A stretch of 62,278 bases of DNA from a virus. Its lineage: Duplodnaviria > Caudoviricetes. Location: positions 1-62,278 of the IMG/VR virus record IMGVR_UViG_3300009184_000003. One strand, given 5' to 3'. This document shows positions 34,419 through 44,416 of the stretch, in pieces (position 1 is the stretch's first letter; each line of letters opens with the position of its first letter). The notes beneath the pieces are model-generated. The model was given only the letters and a program-made list of their open reading frames with translations, ran no database searches and was not told where the DNA came from. Both the position numbers and the translations under genes were made by a program.

Positions 34419-37177
34419 TGGCACAAACTCCAGTCCTACCTATTCAAGCGGGTGGTAACCTGTCTGCTCTTTCGTTTGTCAAAGATCCAGATTCGGATGA
34501 ACCAAACAAAGAAAAAGAGATTGAGAATATAGCAGACGCGCTTGATCTTGACATGGATGACGTAGAGCAAGAGATCATCGAAATGGAAGATGGCTCTGTT
34601 GTTGTCAACATGCAGCAAACCCAAAAGCCATCAGAGAACCCAGACTTTTATGCCAACTTGGCTGAGATTATTGATGAGGCTACACTTGATTCGTTGGCTG
34701 ATGAATACTTAGACCTTATTGAAGTTGACCGCGAGTCTCGTAAAAAGCGTGACGAACAATACGAAGAAGGTTTGCGTCGTACTGGCATGGGTAATGATGC
34801 CCCAGGTGGCGCAAACTTCCAAGGTGCGTCAAAGGTTGTACACCCAATCATGGCAGAAGCCTGCGTTGACTTTGCTGCAAACGCATCGCGCGAGTTGCTT
34901 CCATCGGATGGATTGGTGAAGGGCAACATCGAAGGCGTATCGGATATGAAGAAACTTGACTCTGCTATGCGCAAGGTCAACTTCATGAACTGGCAGTTAA
35001 CAAATCAAATTGAAGAGTACCGCGATGAGATGGAACAGCTGTTTACTCAGTTGCCGTTGGGTGGCTCTCAGTATTTGAAATGGCGCTTTGATCGAGACAT
35101 GTGTCGTCCAGTTCCTGAATGGATCCCCATCGATAATATTTTGTTGCCGTTCGCATCGACAAATTTTTATTCATCACAGCGCGTAACTGAACAACAAGAC
35201 ATCACACAGGACACGTTTGAACAACATGTTGCGACGGGTGAGTATCGCGACATTGAGATATACAAAGCTGACTTAGACATAGACAAACAAACTAAGGCAG
35301 AAAAAGCAAACGATAAAATTGAAGGCCGCGAAGATCCCATTAAAAATGTTGACGGTCTGCGTCGTGTGTATGAGATCACCTGCTACTTAAAATTAGAAGA
35401 CGACAACATTACTGAGGGTGATCGTGCCCCATACATGTTAACGATTGATGAGTTGTCGGGTAAAGTTTTGTCGTTGTACCGTAACTGGGAAGCCGGCGAC
35501 ATCAGGATGAAAAAGCTCGACTGGATCGTTGAGTACAAGTTTATCCCATGGCGTGGCGCATACGGCATCGGTATGCCGCATTTGATTGGTGGCTTGGCTG
35601 CCGCATTGACGGGCTCGTTACGTGCGTTGATGGATACAGCCCACGTCAACAACTCGATCACGATGCTGAAGTTAAAGGGTGGTCGTATTGGTGGTCAGAC
35701 AGATCGCATTGAGCCAACACAGGTTGTTGAGATCGAGGGATCCCCTGGAGTTGACGACGTGCGTAAGTTGGCCATGCCCATGCCGTTTAATCCGCCGTCA
35801 ACTGTTCTGTTCCAACTGCTAGGTTGGTTAACTGATGCGGCTAAGGGTGTGGTTAAGACCAGCGAAGGCCGTATTGCAGAGATGAATGCAAACACGCCGG
35901 TGGGCACAACGCAGGCGATGATTGAGCAGGGGTCTAAGGTATTCTCCAGCATTCACGCACGACTACACCGCTCACAAGCGAAGAGCTTGCAGATCCTGTC
36001 GCGCTTGAACTACTGGTATTTGGAGGATATGGATAACCAGTCAGGTGCGCAAATTGAGGTGGCTGACTTTGAAAACAGTAGTGATGTAACGCCGGTATCT
36101 GATCCTAATATTTTTAGTGAGACTCAGCGTCTAACACAAGCTCAGGCCACACTGCAGTTAGCTGAGAAGTTCCCTGACCTGTATGACAAGCGTGAAGCTA
36201 ACCTGCGCATCTTGCGTTTGATGAAGGTGCCGGATATCGATAAGATATTGCCAGATCCAAAGGGATCGCAAGAAAGTAACCCAGCGTTAGAGAATGTGCA
36301 GATGACTATGGGCGGCATGGCTGCGGCGTTCCCTGATCAAGAGCACATCGAGCACTTGAAGGTGCACTTGGCGTACATGATGGACCCGTCGTATGGTGGC
36401 AGTCCCTTAATATCGTCGAAGTTAACGCCAATAATGTTGGAGCACATCAAGCAGCACCTGACGCTGCACTACCTTGCCTCGATGCGCAACTACGTGAAGT
36501 ATGCAGCGGGTGGCGAGGATACGTTCAAGCTAAACGAAGAGCGTCAACTGGATGGCGCGGCACAAGAGGCACTGGCCGTTGCCGCACAACTGGTGAACCA
36601 AGACTCGCAGCAAGTGTTCCAAGGCATTACGCCAATCGTTCAAAAACTGGTTGAACAGCAACAGCAGGCTGCGCAGAATCAGATGCAGCAGGCGGCTATG
36701 GCAGATCCTACGGCGCAGGCGTTGGTTCAGACACAGGTTGCAGAGACCAAGCGTAAGGCAGAAGAGGCGCAGGCTAGGTTCCAGCTTGAGCGCGAGAAGA
36801 TGCAGGCTGAGATGGCTGATAAGGTACGTGACTTAGAGGCCAAACTTGCAGAGCTTCAAGCCAAGATGAGTCTGGAACAGCAACTGACTGATCAAGATAA
36901 CGCGGCCAAGATTGCGATTGCAGACATCAACAACGCATCGAAGGAGCGTGTGGCGACCATTGCAGCGGGTCAGCAAATGGATCAAATGCAACAGCAACAG
37001 GCACACGAGCAAGGGCTGCTTGCAATGGAAGCACAACAGCAGGCGTATAAAGACATGCAACAGCACGACATGCAGCAACTGCGAGAAGAACAGCAGCGCG
37101 CGCACGAAGAAACGCTACAAGCACAACAGCAATTTTTACAACAACAGCAGCAACTTCAACAACCCCCACAGGAGTAA
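34418..37177 (+). CDS. Portal protein (P22-like, long Gln-rich C-terminal barrel)
   Basis: HPIMAEACVDF, LPLGGS..K, F.PW...YG.G, TPVGTT, coiled-coil tail; position after terL. Confidence 0.88.
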   Translation: MAQTPVLPIQAGGNLSALSFVKDPDSDEPNKEKEIENIADALDLDMDDVEQEIIEMEDGSVVVNMQQTQKPSENPDFYANLAEIIDEATLDSLADEYLDLIEVDRESRKKRDEQYEEGLRRTGMGNDAPGGANFQGASKVVHPIMAEACVDFAANASRELLPSDGLVKGNIEGVSDMKKLDSAMRKVNFMNWQLTNQIEEYRDEMEQLFTQLPLGGSQYLKWRFDRDMCRPVPEWIPIDNILLPFASTNFYSSQRVTEQQDITQDTFEQHVATGEYRDIEIYKADLDIDKQTKAEKANDKIEGREDPIKNVDGLRRVYEITCYLKLEDDNITEGDRAPYMLTIDELSGKVLSLYRNWEAGDIRMKKLDWIVEYKFIPWRGAYGIGMPHLIGGLAAALTGSLRALMDTAHVNNSITMLKLKGGRIGGQTDRIEPTQVVEIEGSPGVDDVRKLAMPMPFNPPSTVLFQLLGWLTDAAKGVVKTSEGRIAEMNANTPVGTTQAMIEQGSKVFSSIHARLHRSQAKSLQILSRLNYWYLEDMDNQSGAQIEVADFENSSDVTPVSDPNIFSETQRLTQAQATLQLAEKFPDLYDKREANLRILRLMKVPDIDKILPDPKGSQESNPALENVQMTMGGMAAAFPDQEHIEHLKVHLAYMMDPSYGGSPLISSKLTPIMLEHIKQHLTLHYLASMRNYVKYAAGGEDTFKLNEERQLDGAAQEALAVAAQLVNQDSQQVFQGITPIVQKLVEQQQQAAQNQMQQAAMADPTAQALVQTQVAETKRKAEEAQARFQLEREKMQAEMADKVRDLEAKLAELQAKMSLEQQLTDQDNAAKIAIADINNASKERVATIAAGQQMDQMQQQQAHEQGLLAMEAQQQAYKDMQQHDMQQLREEQQRAHEETLQAQQQFLQQQQQLQQPPQE

Positions 37178-37180
37178 GAC

Positions 37181-37357
37181 ATGGAAAAAGAATTAGGTTT
37201 TCGTAAGGCATACAAGATGACTGGCACACCAGGCTACGCAGGCGGCCCTGGCCAACCAGTAGAAAAAGGTCCATCGGGCTCAAAGCGCGCTGACAACGCT
37301 AAGGTTGCACTGGCTCAGGTACCAGAAGTCAATAGCAGGGGTTTAAAAACTAAATAG
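37181..37357 (+). CDS. Small basic protein (58 aa)
   Basis: Manual translation MEKELGFRKAYKMTGTPGYAGGPG...; AGGAG RBS. Confidence 0.65.
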   Translation: MEKELGFRKAYKMTGTPGYAGGPGQPVEKGPSGSKRADNAKVALAQVPEVNSRGLKTK

Positions 37358-37383
37358 GGCGGAATTTCAAAAGTAAGTGGGTA
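37357..37383 (+). promoter_or_regulatory. Putative late promoter GGGCG-N16-TGGGTA
   Basis: Exact motif. Confidence 0.75.
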
Positions 37384-37407
37384 CTTACTTATGAAGGAGG
37401 GTTTTTG

Positions 37408-37605
37408 ATGAAAGACCCGTTTTACGCCACGATGTTCAAAATTCAGGCCGAACTGAAGATACTTTCAGAGGCCTGTTTGAACGGAGTAGAAAGCTGGGAC
37501 AAATACAACCAGCTTATAGGAAGAGCCAGAGGTCTGCAAGAGACCCTGGATATTATGAATGAAGTCTTGAGAGAAGACGAGGAAGACGATGAACACAGAA
37601 AGTAA
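37408..37605 (+). CDS. Conserved small head-module protein preceding GroES
   Basis: G.ESWDKY..LIG..RGL; AAGGAGG RBS. Confidence 0.7.
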   Translation: MKDPFYATMFKIQAELKILSEACLNGVESWDKYNQLIGRARGLQETLDIMNEVLREDEEDDEHRK

Positions 37606-38020
37606 ATACCAGGTTGATGGTCGGAGTGAGACTGACTGCTTTCCGGAAGTAGATCCAGGAATAGACCTGAAGGGCAACAGAATCGTAGTCCAGCTTCGTA
37701 AGGCTAAGGACGTCAGCAAGGGGGGCATTATCCTTGTTGGTGATACCAAGGCAACGGAGAAGTGGAACGAGGTAATCGCTAAAGTCATTTCAGTAGGTCC
37801 TTTGGCCTACAAAGATGTCAACACACTTGAGTCATGGCCGGAAGGCGCATGGGCAGAACCAGGCGACTTGGTTCGCGTTATCAAGTACGGCGGTGATCGT
37901 TGGGCTGTACCACACGGCGACGGTGAAGTTGTATTTATTGTTTTGCAGGATCGAGAAGTGATCTGCAAAATTAAAAACTTTGAGGTGGCAAGGACAATGT
38001 TCCCCGCCTTTGTAGAGTAA
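37589..38020 (+). CDS. groES: Phage co-chaperonin GroES (Cpn10)-like
   Basis: GNRIVVQ...SKGGIIL mobile loop, AKVISVGP, GDLV..KYGG, LQDREVI. Confidence 0.85.
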   Translation: MNTESKYQVDGRSETDCFPEVDPGIDLKGNRIVVQLRKAKDVSKGGIILVGDTKATEKWNEVIAKVISVGPLAYKDVNTLESWPEGAWAEPGDLVRVIKYGGDRWAVPHGDGEVVFIVLQDREVICKIKNFEVARTMFPAFVE

Positions 38021-38029
38021 GGATTTCGT

Positions 38030-39010
38030 ATGAAAACCAGTGAGCGGCCCGAAGAGGGCGTGCCCGTCAAAGAACGTGACGACGGCACAGCATTAGCGTC
38101 AATTGATGATAACCTTGATCCGTTTGAAGATGAAGAGGATAACAAAGGTGAGATTGATGGTTTTGCCGAGGGTGGTCGAGCAGACCAAGAAGATGGTGAT
38201 GAATCAGAAGAAGACCGTGAGGCTATCCGAGCCGCACGAAGAGAAGAGCGTAAGCTAAAGAAAGAGCTTACAAAGCAGCGCGAGGTAAGTGCCAAGCACA
38301 AGATCAGCGCGCTAGAACGCCGTAATGAAGATCTGGCCAGGCGACTGGCACAAGTAGAGAACACTGCAACAAGTTTTCAGTTTGCTCAAATGGATCGTTT
38401 CATTGAAGATGAAGCGACACGCGTTGAGTACATGAAAATGAAGATGACCCAAGCAGCAGAGCAAGGGGACGTTGCGGGTCAGATGGAACTACTTGATCAT
38501 TATCATGACGCGAAGAATAAGTTGGCTCAGGCTCAGTACCTGAAACAACAACAACTGGAAGCGGCACGGAACCCACGCAACAATGTTCCAACGCCCAACA
38601 GTGAGTCAGTGCAGCAGAATGCTACGTCTTGGATGAAAGACAATCGTTGGTACGATCCAAGTGGCAAAGATACAGACAGTCGAATTGCAAAAGTAATTGA
38701 CAATGATTTAGCAAGTGAAGGTTGGGACCCAGCGGATCCAGAGTATTGGGACGAGCTGGACAATAGATTGAAAGAACGCCTACCTCATAGGTATTCGGGA
38801 AAATCTGGTGGCGATAGAAATCGTCGAAGCGGAACCTCTAGCAGTCGCTCAGATACAAGTGGAAGCCCAGCGATGGGTAAAAACACTTTTACTTTGAGCC
38901 GTGAAAGAGTACAAGCCTTAAAAGACGCTGGCATGTGGGATGACCCAGATAAGCGTGCGAAGGCAATCCGTAACTATGCAGACTTTGACCGTAAAAATCG
39001 TAGAGGCTAA
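38030..39010 (+). CDS. Putative capsid scaffolding protein
   Basis: Acidic N-terminus, coiled coil, W...N.WY and EYWDELD.RL motifs; lies upstream of the capsid gene. Confidence 0.7.
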   Translation: MKTSERPEEGVPVKERDDGTALASIDDNLDPFEDEEDNKGEIDGFAEGGRADQEDGDESEEDREAIRAARREERKLKKELTKQREVSAKHKISALERRNEDLARRLAQVENTATSFQFAQMDRFIEDEATRVEYMKMKMTQAAEQGDVAGQMELLDHYHDAKNKLAQAQYLKQQQLEAARNPRNNVPTPNSESVQQNATSWMKDNRWYDPSGKDTDSRIAKVIDNDLASEGWDPADPEYWDELDNRLKERLPHRYSGKSGGDRNRRSGTSSSRSDTSGSPAMGKNTFTLSRERVQALKDAGMWDDPDKRAKAIRNYADFDRKNRRG

Positions 39011-39012
39011 AA

Positions 39013-39570
39013 ATGGCAAACAATCGTATATCCCGTGACTTAGATGATCGCCTTCAAGGGCGTGTAGAAGAAATCAAAGATCGGAAGGCTGCGGCCTCCG
39101 TTACTCCTGATGAAGCAGTGAAGCGTGAAAGGCTGGAGGCCTTTCGGGACAAATGGGCCAACAACGCACTGCCGGACATTCCAGAAGGCTTAGTCCCTGG
39201 AATGCACCTCTGCTGGTTATCAACAACTAACCAGTATGATTCAATCGACAAACGTATGGCGTTGGGCTATGAGCCAGTGAAAGCCGCCGCTTTAGGCAAA
39301 GGTTTTGACCACTTAGGCAAGATGAGTTCAGGCAGGTTTGAAGGTTGTATATCTTGTAATGAGATGATCCTCTTTATGATTCCAGATGACATCTTCCAAG
39401 AAGTAGCGCGAATGTTGCACCATGACGATCCGCTGGAACACCAGCGAAATATCACCGCACAGGTGCGTTCAGCAGCAGATCCAGGTAAAGGTGGACGCTC
39501 AATTTTGGAAGGCGGTCTTTTGGAAATGGAAAAAGAGTCGAATAGAGCCGCACACAATATGCGGTTTTAA
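39013..39570 (+). CDS. Conserved head-module hypothetical protein
   Basis: PG.HLCWLST...R..LGYEPV. Confidence 0.7.
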   Translation: MANNRISRDLDDRLQGRVEEIKDRKAAASVTPDEAVKRERLEAFRDKWANNALPDIPEGLVPGMHLCWLSTTNQYDSIDKRMALGYEPVKAAALGKGFDHLGKMSSGRFEGCISCNEMILFMIPDDIFQEVARMLHHDDPLEHQRNITAQVRSAADPGKGGRSILEGGLLEMEKESNRAAHNMRF

Positions 39571-39596
39571 CCCTAAAACTATAAGGAACCAAAAAG

Positions 39597-40196
39597 ATGA
39601 GCGCAACTTATGCTCCATTCGGGCTCAAGCCCGTCTACCACCCAAGTGGTCTGGTCCGCAGTTTGAACTTCACCGGTGCCTATGACACCGCTGCAATTTT
39701 TTACTCCGGCACTCCAGTCGCTTTGGATGAAGCAACAACCGCAGGTACAGCGACCCTCGTTGTTGCCAGCAACACCCCTACAGCCAACATGCGCCTCGCC
39801 GGTGTATTTGGCGGTGTGGAATACACCGATGCATCCGGTCGTCGTACTGTTAGCAAGTGGTTTGGTCCAGATTTGGGCACAGCCACTAACGTCGTAATGT
39901 GGATTTTCATGGACCCAGAAATTGTTTATGAAGTTCAAGCTAACGGTTCATTGACTAACATCGTAGTTGGCCAAGAGTTTAACTTTACTGCAGTCTCGTC
40001 AGGTCAAATTATCGGCAACGGTGGTTTGGGTACTTCAACAGCAGCGTTAAGCACTACCGCAGTTGCCGCAGGCACACAAGCTCAAATGCAAGTAGTCAAT
40101 TTGGGTCGTGCAATCGACAATGCATGGGGTGATGCCTATACTGTTGTTCAAGTCAAACTTGCTAACGATACTTTCGTTGCTCCTAACGTAGAATAA
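39597..40196 (+). CDS. Putative capsid decoration/cement protein
   Basis: APFGLKPV, GVFGGVEYTD, DPEIVYEVQA; immediately before the major capsid gene. Confidence 0.65.
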   Translation: MSATYAPFGLKPVYHPSGLVRSLNFTGAYDTAAIFYSGTPVALDEATTAGTATLVVASNTPTANMRLAGVFGGVEYTDASGRRTVSKWFGPDLGTATNVVMWIFMDPEIVYEVQANGSLTNIVVGQEFNFTAVSSGQIIGNGGLGTSTAALSTTAVAAGTQAQMQVVNLGRAIDNAWGDAYTVVQVKLANDTFVAPNVE

Positions 40197-40215
40197 TTAA
40201 AGAAAGGAAGTAGCT

Positions 40216-41133
40216 ATGGCAACCCCAATGCGTAGTACGGACTTTCGTGCGGTAGTTGAACCTATCCTTAACGAAGTCTTTGATGGTGTCTATCAACAAC
40301 GTGATGATGAGTGGAAAGGTTTCACGACCCAGATCACTGGTATCCCACGTAACTATCACGAAGAGGTCATGCTCTTCGGTATGAATACTGCTCCTGAAAT
40401 GCCTGACGGCACACCCGTCTCGTATGACCAGGGTGGTACTCTGTTTATCACTCGCTTCATCTACAAGATCTATGGCTTGGCATACGCCCTGACCAAAGTT
40501 CTGATGGAAGACGGCGATCACATCCGTATCGGCTCCACATTCTCGAAGCACCTCGCTCAGTCAATGATCGAAACTAAAGAGACACTGTGCGCCAACTTGC
40601 TGAACTTTGCGTTTACTGCCGGCTACGTCGGTGGTGACGGCGTGACACTGATCAACAGTGCTCACCCGATCTCCCAAGGTCGTACATTCAGCAACCAGCT
40701 GTCAACTGCAGCAGCTATGTCTCAGACTTCGGTCGAGCAGATGCTGATTCAGATCCGTTCCGCTGTGGACAACAACGGCAAGCGTATCCGTTTGAAAGCA
40801 GAACAGTTGATCGTTCCTCCTGCCTTGGAATTCCAAGCTGAGGTAATCCTGAAATCGGTACTGCGTTCAGGCAGTGCTGACAATGACCTGAACCCAATCA
40901 AGTCAACTGGTATGCTCCCTAACGGTGCTCACGTTGTGACCCGTTTGAGCTCCAGCAAAGCTTGGTGGATCCAGACCAATGCAGAGAACGGCCTGATGCT
41001 AGTCATGCGTCGTCCTCTGGAGCGCAGCTCAGAAGGCGACTTCGAGACTGACTCAATGCGTTACAAGGCCTCCGAGCGTTATGCGACCGGCTGGCACGAT
41101 CCACGTAACGTGTACGGCACAATCGGTCTGTAA
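40216..41133 (+). CDS. Major capsid protein (HK97 fold)
   Basis: GGDGV.L....HP, LIVPPALE, GDFETDSMRYKASERY..GW.DPR..YG; followed by a terminator. Confidence 0.9.
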   Translation: MATPMRSTDFRAVVEPILNEVFDGVYQQRDDEWKGFTTQITGIPRNYHEEVMLFGMNTAPEMPDGTPVSYDQGGTLFITRFIYKIYGLAYALTKVLMEDGDHIRIGSTFSKHLAQSMIETKETLCANLLNFAFTAGYVGGDGVTLINSAHPISQGRTFSNQLSTAAAMSQTSVEQMLIQIRSAVDNNGKRIRLKAEQLIVPPALEFQAEVILKSVLRSGSADNDLNPIKSTGMLPNGAHVVTRLSSSKAWWIQTNAENGLMLVMRRPLERSSEGDFETDSMRYKASERYATGWHDPRNVYGTIGL

Positions 41134-41166
41134 AGAAAGACTGAGGCCCTTCGGGGTCGTCCCTAG

Positions 41167-41197
41167 ATGCCCCGCCTACAAAGCGGGGCATTTTTTC
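41167..41197 (+). terminator. Intrinsic terminator after the capsid gene
   Basis: ATGCCCCGC-N7-GCGGGGCAT followed by a T run; UUCG hairpin just upstream. Confidence 0.85.
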
Positions 41198-41212
41198 TTA
41201 TAGAAATGGGTA
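41186..41212 (+). promoter_or_regulatory. Putative late promoter GGGCA-N16-TGGGTA overlapping the terminator
   Basis: One mismatch, exact spacing. Confidence 0.65.
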
Positions 41213-41304
41213 CTTATAAGTAGAGCTTCAAATGACGCCGATTACCGAATAGCTCACGGTTTACTTCCAGGAGACGGCGCCGTTAATCTTCCCTAGGAGA
41301 AGTC

Positions 41305-41838
41305 ATGTCAAGTACATTTACCAGTCCAATTCGGATTTTTAAGCGCAACAACCCAACAAACGACGGCACCATCGCCCCAGACAACACTGGTGCAGCAACA
41401 GTAGGACAACAGCAGTTTTTTGCTCCTATTACAGCGGCTCGTACAGCTGGCGCAATCCCAACATTTAAAGTTGGCAGCACAACAGCCACTGCTCTTACGA
41501 TTCCAGCTGGATCACTGATTAACCACGTTTTTCTCTACCAAACTTCAGCGCCATCGGCGTTGACAGGCGGTGTGATTACTGTGGCTATTGATGGCACAGA
41601 CGTAGGCACGCTAACTCCAACTACTACTGGCGGCAGAATCGGACTCACATTCACAGCTACCGCAGCAGTTGCTACATTATTGAACAACGTCGGCACTTCT
41701 GACGTAACGGTCACCTTTACTGCTACTGCTATTACTGCCATCACTGGCACATTGGCAGGTACTTTTGATGTTGAGTACATACCGCGTAATGTAGACGGTT
41801 CTATCACAGCATACGGCTCAGGCTATACAAATAGCTAA
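41305..41838 (+). CDS. Putative minor capsid/structural protein
   Basis: STFTSPIR N-terminus, TIPAGS, beta-rich. Confidence 0.6.
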   Translation: MSSTFTSPIRIFKRNNPTNDGTIAPDNTGAATVGQQQFFAPITAARTAGAIPTFKVGSTTATALTIPAGSLINHVFLYQTSAPSALTGGVITVAIDGTDVGTLTPTTTGGRIGLTFTATAAVATLLNNVGTSDVTVTFTATAITAITGTLAGTFDVEYIPRNVDGSITAYGSGYTNS

Positions 41839-41847
41839 GGAGATACC

Positions 41848-42126
41848 ATGCGCCAAATCACTGTAGGCAACGGCGTACTAGTGCCGATTGATCAGTACCT
41901 GACGCCTATCAACATAGCTTATGTTGCTTCAGGCGGCACGGTACAAGTATCATACTCGGATCCATTTCCGTTGGACGCGCAAGGGTATCCAGTGGCAACC
42001 GCACCAACAATGGTGTGGGTTGCTGCTGCGGCAAGTCCAATCGTAGATAATCCAATCCGTGCTATTAGAATTACTGGCGGTTCTGGTTCAGACACTCTGA
42101 CTGTAATTCAAGCCGGAGTACGTTAA
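41848..42126 (+). CDS. Structural protein
   Basis: P.RAIRI....T.TVIQAG C-terminus. Confidence 0.6.
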   Translation: MRQITVGNGVLVPIDQYLTPINIAYVASGGTVQVSYSDPFPLDAQGYPVATAPTMVWVAAAASPIVDNPIRAIRITGGSGSDTLTVIQAGVR

Positions 42127-42524
42127 TGGGTAACGCCTATTACGGCGGAATCTATTGCGATACGCGCGGGGAGGCTGTCCTCTCCGTCGCGATTTGCGAC
42201 AGGTGTAGCAGGAAAGTTCCTTACACCTTATTGCGTCCGGACCCAAACTCACCGGGCTTAATGGTATGCCCAGCCGACTTGGATCAATACGATCCATGGC
42301 GTCTGGCTGCACGCCAAACAGAAACAATCACACTGCGTCATGCGCGACCAGACGTCTCCGTAGCCATACCTGGAAAAGGCAAGGCTATCCCTAACGCACC
42401 CAACTCTCAAACAATTAATCAAGGCCCCAACATGGTTGGTACTGGATTTGGGGATTCGTTTACGCCTGCGCAGTATGGCAACACCTCTGCTGAACCCACA
42501 CCGGGCAACATACTGGATACATAG
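42126..42524 (+). CDS. Conserved Cys-motif protein
   Basis: AICDRC....GLMVC...D..DP.....RPD. Confidence 0.7.
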   Translation: MGNAYYGGIYCDTRGEAVLSVAICDRCSRKVPYTLLRPDPNSPGLMVCPADLDQYDPWRLAARQTETITLRHARPDVSVAIPGKGKAIPNAPNSQTINQGPNMVGTGFGDSFTPAQYGNTSAEPTPGNILDT

Positions 42525-42526
42525 TC

Positions 42527-44413
42527 ATGGCCGATATAAGTATATTACAGCTGCCTCCCGCAACCACCGTCAGTGCAAATGACGTGACGGTTGTCGTGCA
42601 AAATGGCATAACAAAAAAGGTTGCCGCCTCTGTATTTCAAGGCGGCATTATTGGACCTGTTGGCCCCATAGGCCCAGCTGGTCCTACAGGCCCATTAGGA
42701 CCCACAGGCCCGTTAGGCCCGTTAGGCCCAACAGGAACACCAGGACAACAGGGACCACAGGGAGCCCCTGGACCTGTAGGTAGCGTAGGAGCCACAGGAC
42801 CCACAGGCCCAACAGGCGCAAGCGGCACGGCAGGTGCAACCGGCCCAACAGGCGCAACCGGCCCAACGGGTACAGGCGCAACTGGCCCTACAGGTGCTAC
42901 AGGCCCCACAGGCCCCGCAGGCGGCCCCACAGGCCCTACAGGTAACACAGGTGCAACTGGTCCAACAGGCCCCACAGGTGCGGCGGGTACAGCTGGGACA
43001 ACTGGCCCCCCAGGTGATACAGGCGCAACTGGCCCAACAGGTGCAACCGGCCCATCAGGCACAGGCCCTACAGGCCCGACAGGCGCAGCGGGTGCAACTG
43101 GTCCAACAGGCGCAACTGGCCCATCAGGTACAGGCCCCACAGGCCCTACAGGTCCAACGGGTGCAGCCGGTACTGCAGGCGCAACTGGTCCAACAGGTGC
43201 AACTGGCCCATCAGGTACAGGCCCCATAGGCCCCACAGGCCCAACGGGTGCAGCCGGTACGGCAGGTGCAACAGGCCCCACAGGCCCAACGGGTGCAGCC
43301 GGTACGGCAGGTGCAACTGGTCCAACAGGCCCAACGGGTGCAGCCGGTACGGCAGGTGCAACTGGTCCAACAGGAGCAACTGGCCCATCGGGCACAGGCC
43401 CCACAGGCCCAACAGGCCCAACAGGTGCTGCAGGTACGGCAGGTGCAACAGGCCCAACAGGCCCCACCGGCCCTGCGGGTAGCGGCGGTGGTGACGTAGT
43501 TGGACCAGCTTCAGCAACGGATAACGCTATTGCTCGATTTGATACTACTACAGGCAAGTTAATCCAGAATTCGGGCGTTACTATTGATGACAATAATAAT
43601 GTTAGTGCCAATTCGTTTTTAAATGGTTTTTCAAATACCGCTGCATCAGGCACACAAATCACACTAACAATTGCCTCCGTTACTTCGTACAATATTACTG
43701 GATCAGGCGGCCAAGTTATTCAGTTACCAAATGCTACGACATTGTCAAATGGCGCGCTCTATGAATTTAATAACAATCAATCAAGCGGCGCGATTACAGT
43801 AAACAACAACTCAGGAACATTAATTGTTAGTGTTCCATCGGGTGGCTATGTACAACTCACTTTGCTATCTAACGCGACTGCTGCAGGAAGTTGGGATAGA
43901 CATGACCTAGCACCAGCCAATGTGTCGTGGTCAACTAATACGTTTGATTACCCAGGGTCAATTACATCAGCCACGTGGAATGGAAATGCTGTAGCAACAA
44001 ACCGTGGCGGCACAGGGGCATCTTCACTCGCCGGCGCGTCGATTGTTACCTATACAGGCACTGAGACACTAACGAACAAACGTATTAATCCTCGTGTAGT
44101 TACTGCGGCATCAACTGCGACATTGGCACCAGATATTTCATCAGGTGACCAATATAATTTAACCGCTCAAGCAGCAGCATTAACTGTTTCTGCGCCTATT
44201 GGATCATCGCAATCACCTGTAGATGGTAATAAATTAATATTTAGAGTATTAGACAATGGTACAGCTAGAGCGATAACGTGGAATGCAACGTATACGCCTA
44301 TTGGTGTAACGCTACCGACTACAACAACAGTAAATAAAACCACGTATGTTGGTTGCATATACAACGCAAACAACACCCGTTGGGATGTTATTGCTGTGCT
44401 TACACAGGCTTAA
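42527..44413 (+). CDS. Collagen-like tail fibre
   Basis: [11 protein letters not shown]-terminal anchor, ~90 G-X-Y triplets (mostly GPT/GAT), [18 protein letters not shown] motif. Confidence 0.85.
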   Translation: MADISILQLPPATTVSANDVTVVVQNGITKKVAASVFQGGIIGPVGPIGPAGPTGPLGPTGPLGPLGPTGTPGQQGPQGAPGPVGSVGATGPTGPTGASGTAGATGPTGATGPTGTGATGPTGATGPTGPAGGPTGPTGNTGATGPTGPTGAAGTAGTTGPPGDTGATGPTGATGPSGTGPTGPTGAAGATGPTGATGPSGTGPTGPTGPTGAAGTAGATGPTGATGPSGTGPIGPTGPTGAAGTAGATGPTGPTGAAGTAGATGPTGPTGAAGTAGATGPTGATGPSGTGPTGPTGPTGAAGTAGATGPTGPTGPAGSGGGDVVGPASATDNAIARFDTTTGKLIQNSGVTIDDNNNVSANSFLNGFSNTAASGTQITLTIASVTSYNITGSGGQVIQLPNATTLSNGALYEFNNNQSSGAITVNNNSGTLIVSVPSGGYVQLTLLSNATAAGSWDRHDLAPANVSWSTNTFDYPGSITSATWNGNAVATNRGGTGASSLAGASIVTYTGTETLTNKRINPRVVTAASTATLAPDISSGDQYNLTAQAAALTVSAPIGSSQSPVDGNKLIFRVLDNGTARAITWNATYTPIGVTLPTTTTVNKTTYVGCIYNANNTRWDVIAVLTQA

Positions 44414-44416
44414 AAA

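Noticed and set aside
42637-43692. Minus-strand PVG-repeat ORF and the alternative-frame Gln-rich ORFs
   Set aside because: Shadows of the collagen repeat
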